A DNA stretch of 63,163 nt, the filler included, from Vannella sp. (Eukaryota): assembly GCA_023345925.1 (NCBI GenBank). It is 4 parts of 4 records of this genome, joined end to end, with 100 filler letters (N's around TTAATTAATTAA, not from the genome) between each part and the next. Parts side by side here need not be neighbours in the genome. Positions count along the whole stretch, not along the records: positions 54,366 to 63,163 come from JAJQQN010000821.1; 3 more parts are not named here. The stretch is one strand, 5' to 3'. Numbering within the stretch: the first letter of the stretch is position 1; each line of letters opens with the position of its first letter. The position numbers were made by a program, and so were the translations under genes. The notes under the pieces are model-generated. The model was not told where the DNA came from. It did no database searches and saw only the letters and a list, made by a program, of their open reading frames with translations. Shown here piece after piece: positions 57,124-63,163 of this stretch.

Positions 57124-57891
57124 ATGCCAAGGCTGGAGATGGAGGACGGCCTGGGCGAGGGCGAAGAGGGACGGGAAGAGCCTTCTTGGGAGGGTGAGAG
57201 ACCAAAGTTGGTGGGGTTTGATCTTCATCATGTGTTGGCTCGTCCGGAGAAGCTTCTGATGATCTTGAGCGTGCTCCGGCTAACGGGTTGGAAGGACAAG
57301 CTTTGGTTTGCTGTTTATGCTTGTAATCCGTTCATTTGGTTGGAGATTGCTCGGCTAGCCTCTGAACGATTAGTTCCTGAACGTATCGCATTGCGTTTAG
57401 GGCGCCGCTTCCCTGGATTGGCGGAGCTTCGCCTCTCTCGCCTAGTTCGGGAGTTTAGCAACTGTCAACGCCCCCATTTGGAGACCTGGGACCTCGTTTA
57501 CCGTCTCAAACAGCAGGGACACATCGTTTGTATCACTTCAAACATCACTACCAACTATCTACAGCATCTACGAGAACAATGGCTGGCCAGATCGGACGAA
57601 TGGCGCTTGGATGGGCGTTGGGCTCACCTTCCTGAGGACCTGTTCTCTCTCTGTGACTTTTGCTTCACTTGTGATGAAGTAGATGACTTCCAGAGGAAGC
57701 CCTCTGTTGCTTACTTTACCAGGTGGCTACAGCAGATCACACAAACCCACGGAGAAGCCCACGAACTCTTCTTTGTTGATGACTCTGCACGCAATGCCTC
57801 GGTGGCTACTAGCACAGGTCGAGTGCATGCGTTCCACTACCTCAATGATCAGAAGCTATGCTGGGATCTGGAGCAGCGCGGGTTACTCTGA
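57124..57891 (+). CDS. HAD-superfamily hydrolase, divergent motif I
   Basis: Motif I LVGFDLHHVL, motif II ITSN, motif III RKPS, motif IV FFVDDS..N. Intronless. Confidence 0.78.
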   Translation: MPRLEMEDGLGEGEEGREEPSWEGERPKLVGFDLHHVLARPEKLLMILSVLRLTGWKDKLWFAVYACNPFIWLEIARLASERLVPERIALRLGRRFPGLAELRLSRLVREFSNCQRPHLETWDLVYRLKQQGHIVCITSNITTNYLQHLREQWLARSDEWRLDGRWAHLPEDLFSLCDFCFTCDEVDDFQRKPSVAYFTRWLQQITQTHGEAHELFFVDDSARNASVATSTGRVHAFHYLNDQKLCWDLEQRGLL

Positions 57892-57926
57892 TAAAGAGCA
57901 AGTTAGGAAGAGGGTTTGTTGATACA

Positions 57927-60290
57927 TCAATTCTCCGGCCCAATGACCACTGGGAACCGAACAGAAAGGTTCTTGCGCATAGATAACTCGCACTGGACCG
58001 AAATATCATACTCTCGTTCAAAGAGACCGACTTGGGCAAGGTTGGTGGGTTTCAGACCATGTGGGATGGTGTAAATCAACTCTCCACTGTAATTACTCTC
58101 TGCTGCTAGCGGGAAAATAGATCCCTGATAGAATTCCTGCCGATGCACTTTCAAGGTGTCCACTCCCATCACCTGCCTGCCCTTGGCATCGTATTTTTGT
58201 GCCTTTTCCAGTCGCCGCAGAGTCACTTTGAGCATTTGAACGATCATTGTGGACCGGTTCTCTACTTTCACCCCAATTTGTAGCTTGTCTCCAGGGAAGA
58301 CGAGGTTGTTCTTGACCGTCACAGAAATCCGAAGGCGCTGGCGCAAAAGTGATTTGGTCTCATTGGATAATTGGATTGGTTCTGTAAGAGACATGGGTCA
58401 GGTCGTCTGGGTCAGTGACCGTGTGAAAAAGGGTGACTTACTCCCTTCGTAGCTTGCTTGGGGTCGTTCCTGGAAGGAAGGACTCGGACTTGGACCTGAA
58501 TCCTCGAGAAGTGACCCACTACTTTGAGCGCCTGAATTGGGCCGCTGAAGAGGTGGGCGATGGTCTTGAGGGCGCTCTGCTTGGACGTTTGGCATGGAGC
58601 CGCCTTGGCTGAAAGATCCAACCGACTGTTGCCGCTGAGGAGCCCGACTCACATTAGACTGTGACAAAGAGCTAGGTGCCATAGAAACTGGTCGAGAGTT
58701 CCCTTGCGAGGAAGCTTGCGGAGGAGTCTGTGCAACTGCACTATCGGGGACCCTTCGAGGCAGCAATTGACAAGCGTTCTTAATCTTTTCAGCACGTTCC
58801 ATGTAAGCACTAATAGTGCTATGCATTGCTTGCTTTAGCAATGGATTGGACTCGCGATTAAACACTAAAATGAACCGTTCCAGAGTCTCTGTGTACAAGT
58901 CCAATGCTTCTTGATACTGCCGACTGCGGTCAGCTGACTTGGCCTTTTCTGCGACTAAGAGGGCCACTTGTATGTTGGGTATGGCCCGCGGGTGCTCGGC
59001 GTGAAGCTGAAGAAGATATGGGAGGTATTCTCCTCCTCCTGGCACTTGAGGACTTGGTACGGGGGCCTGTGGAGATGGAGTAGGAGATTGATGAGCTGCT
59101 GAAGGATAGGAGAATGACTCTGCACGTCTGGGATAGCTTGGCTGACCGTAGCTCTCTGAGGAAGGACCAGCAGGATAGGGCGATTGCGCATAGGAGTTGG
59201 GAACAGGGTCATAGGGAGGTGGGTTTCTTCCAGGATAGCTAGGTGGACTGTGTGTATCTGCAGGCGGAGGAGATGAGAAGGGAGCCGAAGGAGCGGACGA
59301 AGGGAGGGAATCGTAGGGAGATGGTGTGCTCCCCGGATATGCTGGGCGCGTGAACGACTCTTGTGGTCTAGATTCTGCCTCTGTATAGGGTGATACTGGT
59401 TGTGATGAGAAGGAAGAGGGCCCTGTTGCTCGGTTGGGGGGTTGGGAGAAGTCTTCTTGCTGGTATGGCTGCTGAGACGGATCCCCGTAGTCATAGGGGC
59501 TCGAATGAGGTGTTGTCTGATTCATAGGATTGAGGCTGGGGGAGTTAAGGCCTCCCGGACGGGGCAACGGGGCCGAGGGGGGCGGGCCCATCCCCATGAA
59601 GCTGCCGTACGCTGATGCAGGCTCTCGTACGGGAATTTCTCGCTTTCCCTCAGTATGAAGGTTGTGTGATGTCTCTGTACCAAAGAAGGAGCTCGCGGGG
59701 GAAGCAGCAGGGCGAGTCGGCGCCCCATTAAAAGTAGGAGCAGCCTCATAAGCCGGTTGGTATGCTCTCCCTGGAGCAGCTGCCCCTGTGAAAGAATCAT
59801 AAGGTGCACTTACGCTTCCACGATTGTAGCTGCTGTACGGTGCTTCCACAGGGGACGCGAATGGGGCAGACGGTTCCACCCGATAAGGTGGCTCTTGATA
59901 AGGAGGAGCCTCGTAGTGTTGAGGTTGTGGCTCTCTGAAAGGAGGAGGAGAATCTGTAAAGGAAGGATTGAAGGCTGGCTCGTACGGTGAGTTGGAGGTG
60001 GGCGGCTGAACACTTTCAAGCGTCTCGTTGAGAAGCTGCATGCGGGCAGTGTACTCTTGCATCTTCTCTAGGATCTGATTCTTTCGATTAAGATCTGCCT
60101 CCTCTACATGGCCTCCTACGTCAGTTCTCTCGAGACATCAACAAAGATGGCCGATCGTACCCATGAAAGCGCGTTCAAAGTGCTGCAGTGCTTGTTGGTA
60201 GAGGTCTATTGCCATAGGTAGATTGGCTTCGCTGTCCATCTGTATCGCCTGGCCCACCAACTGGATACCAAGCTGCAAAGGAGCCGCCAT
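57927..60290 (-). CDS. MIT-MIT-arrestin-C domain protein with Pro-rich linker
   Basis: MIT1 (AIQMD...AIDLYQQALQHF), MIT2 (QYQEALDLYTETLERF...YMERAEKIK) and arrestin C-like domain (FPGDKLQIGVKVENRS...IPHGLKPT...EREY.ISV). Two introns. Confidence 0.82.
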
Positions 60291-60391
60291 CAGCACCAAG
60301 CTAAGGGGAAATGCTCCAAATCTGCTCTTTCGATTGAACCATACCAACTGGAACAATCTGAAATGCTCCCGAGGGCAGCTGTGAGAGGGTC

Positions 60392-63163
60392 ATGGGAGGC
60401 CATTTTCCCTTCCCCGTCCTGGTGATGAAGAGAGCTTTCGAAAGGCTTCCCCAAACAGTTCTTCCGCTGGTCTACCATCTGCGCGTAGAGCCTGACCTTG
60501 TGAAGTGTTCCTTCGTGTAAGTGGCTGGCTCTGGTTCGTGAGAATGGGACTCTGAAAGGGGAGGGAAGGGGAGAGGTGGAAGTGGAGGTTTTGGTCCAAA
60601 CTGCGACTTCCTTTGTCAAACTGAACTCAGTGGAGCTGGTCTTGTACGATGCAAAGATATCTTCCTCTACTGGAGAGAGCTGGGTCGCAGAGACCTCCTT
60701 AGACGTCGAAGAGGAAACTGCGACTTTGACTTTCCCCCAGGAGCTTCCTGTTGGTACCTACAGACTCTTTATTCGCTTCTCTGGAGTCTTGGGAGATACC
60801 ATGAAGTAAGTAGCTCCCTCCTCTACTCAGCACAGGATGGTAGGCTGATCTCTCAAAGGGGCTTCTACCGTACCAAGTACTCTCTTCATGGAGAGGACAG
60901 GTACGCCGCTGTCACCCAGTTCGAGTCAACAGATGCTCGTCGTGCGTTCCCTTGTTGGGATGAACCCGCTGTGAAGGCTCGCTTCAACGTCCAAATCACT
61001 GCTCCATCGGATCGTGTGGTTCTTTCGAACATGCCGGAGACTCAGAGTGAAGAACTCGCTGATGGACGTAAGAGAGTGTCATTTGATACCACTCCCATCA
61101 TGTCCACGTACCTTCTGGCCTTCGTAGTGGGAGAGTTTGACCACATTGAAGGCACCACGCCCGATAATCGCATCGCTGTTCGTGTATTCGTGCCTGTAGG
61201 CAAGCAGGAACAAGGTCAGTTTGCATTAGACATGGCTATACGCACTCTACCCTTCTATGAGGACTGGTTTGGCATCCAGTACCCTCTTCCCAAGGCAGAT
61301 CTGATCGCCATCCCTGACTTCGCCGCTGGTGCGATGGAGAAGTAAGTGTCAGCTGCATCATTGTGTTATTGACTTATTGACCACTTGGATGAAGCTGGGG
61401 ACTGGTCACGTACCGGGAGACGGCGCTTTTGGTGGATCCAAAGTCTTCTTCCATTGGGACCAAGCAGTGGGTCGCTCTGGTCGTAGCACATGAGTTGGCT
61501 CACCAATGGTTTGGCAACACTGTGACTATGGAGTGGTGGACCCACTTGTGGCTGAACGAAGGGTTTGCCTCTTGGATGGAGTATCTGGCCACTGATGCAG
61601 CCTTCCCAGAGTGGCAGATGTGGAATCAGTTTGTCTATTCAGATATGGGGAGAGCATTCTCACTTGACTCTCTCAAGTCGTCTCACCCAATTGAAGTCCC
61701 CGTGTCTCATCCAGACGAGATTGATGAGATTTTCGACAGTATCTCCTACTCCAAGGGGTGCTCTGTTATCCGAATGCTTTATGGGTACTTGGGAGAAGAG
61801 GCCTTCAAGAAAGGTCTTCATCAGTACCTGACCAAGCATTCCTACGCCAACGCTTTTACCGAGGATTTGTGGGAGGCCCTTGAAGAGGCTTCTCAGAAGC
61901 CAGTCAAACAGATGATGGACACTTGGACAAAGCAAATGGGATTCCCAACAGTAACTGTAACTCCTGTCCCAGGGAGTAATCCTCCTAGGGTGAAACTTGA
62001 CCAATTGCGCTTCCTCGCCTCTGGGGCCCCTGAAGGTGAAGATGCCGCTCCTCTTTGGTACATTCCCGTCAGCATGATCAGCGATAAGTCGCCTGATCCT
62101 CAAAGTGAGCTTCTGCAAGAACGCAGCGGCGAGTTCGAAGCTCCTGAAGGAGAATGGTTGAAGATCAATGCGGGCCAAACTGGCTTCTTCCGTGTCCGTT
62201 ATGAATCTGAAGATCACAGGAATGCATTAGAAGCAGCCATTCGCAATGGTCAACTCACAAACGTGATTGACCGTTTGGGTGTCCAAAGTGATGCGATGGC
62301 ATTGGCAAGCGCAGGCCTTGCCCCAACTGTTGACGCATTGAAGTTGATCACTGCATACGCCAATGAGACAGATTATACTGTTTGGGCTGATCTCACCAGC
62401 AACCTTAAGGGTCTTTTGGATGTCCTCATCCAGGATGACACTTGCTCAGGGGCTATTGATCGCTTTGGGGTTCAATTGTACGAGAAAGTTGGTCGAGAGG
62501 TTGGCTGGGATGCTCAAAGCGGAGAGTCCCCATTGGTACCTCAACTTCGGGCTCTGGTCCTTCGGCAACTGGGACGTTTTGGACATCCAGAGACCGTCAA
62601 AGAATCGCAGCTTCGGTTTAAAGCGTTCCTTAGTGATCCATCTGGTCTACCAGCTGACCTTCGGGGAGCTGTTTACGCAAATGTACTTCAACATGGAGAC
62701 GAAAAGGCGTTTGAAGACATCTTGGCCACCATGAGAGCAAGCGACTTCCAGGAAGAAAAGTCTAGATGCATGCGCTCTCTTGGTTGTACCTCAACTCCTT
62801 CTCTATTGAAACGCGCCCTGGAACTCTCGCTGTCCTCGGAAATCCGACCCCAGGATGCAGTTTCTCTCATCAGGGCGGTCGCCAATAACTCAAAAGGCCG
62901 TCAATTGGCCTGGGAATTCGTCCAAGAGAACTGGGAGAAACTCCATGGAATGTACAAGGGCGGATTCTTGTTGAACAGCCTTGTCAAGGAAGTGCTGAGT
63001 GTCTTCGCCTGCGAACAGCGAGCCTCAGAAATCGAGAAATTCTTTGAGGAACGTCAATTCACCTCCCGTGCACTCCATCAAGCACTTGAAACCATCAGAA
63101 CCAATGCCAAGTGGATGAACAAAGACGCAGAAGCAGTCACAGAGTTCTTTCAGAAGTACTCCA
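60392..63163 (+). CDS. NPEPPS: M1 aminopeptidase, puromycin-sensitive aminopeptidase type (runs to window end just short of the stop)
   Basis: RLP..V.P, TQFESTDARRAFPCWDEP, spliced GAMENWG, HELAHQWFGN...WLNEGF and an ERAP1_C-like C-terminus. Three introns. Start at 60392 or 60425. Confidence 0.95.

Noticed and set aside
56038..57891. Bacterial contamination as the source of bacterial-like genes
   Set aside because: The M15 gene has a spliceosomal intron and is contiguous with intron-containing eukaryotic genes. The AT3 gene is contiguous with HEATR1.
1..63163. tRNA, rRNA, snRNA genes and intact transposons
   Set aside because: None recognised by eye. tRNAscan-SE, Infernal and a repeat search would be needed to exclude small or divergent ones.

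Overview
This is nuclear DNA of a gene-dense, ~50% GC eukaryotic microbe in the standard genetic code. By gene content and protein architectures it is probably an amoebozoan (inference). It is not prokaryotic: most genes are split by short (~41-83 nt) spliceosomal introns, so the ORF track shows exon fragments. Three 100-nt N-gaps carry an artificial TTAATTAATTAA six-frame-stop linker, so the window is four joined contigs. About 30 protein genes were reconstructed by hand. Housekeeping genes include HEATR1/UTP10, SMC3, MTHFR, CDC123, HemF, ATP12, RNASEH2B, mitoribosomal L9, TMEM41, a PDI-like protein, ARFRP1 and an M1 aminopeptidase. Signalling/regulatory genes include a RasGEF, an Fpk1-like AGC kinase, a GATA factor and a MyTH4-RhoGAP. 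Most notable: (1) a bacterial-type M15 peptidoglycan peptidase with a membrane anchor, an acquired intron and a frameshift, next to a bacterial-like HAD; (2) an intronless OafA-type AT3-SGNH O-acetyltransferase broken by one in-frame TAA; (3) a WD40 protein resembling the fungal heterochromatin DCAF Raf1/DIM-9; (4) a MIT-MIT-arrestin-C protein rich in PSAP/PPxY motifs; (5) a single-pass LRR-mucin-GPS receptor; (6) E2F-type sites upstream of genome-maintenance genes; (7) purine-rich 3' splice sites. No RNA genes, CRISPR arrays or intact mobile elements were recognised. All family calls rest on motif recognition, not database searches.
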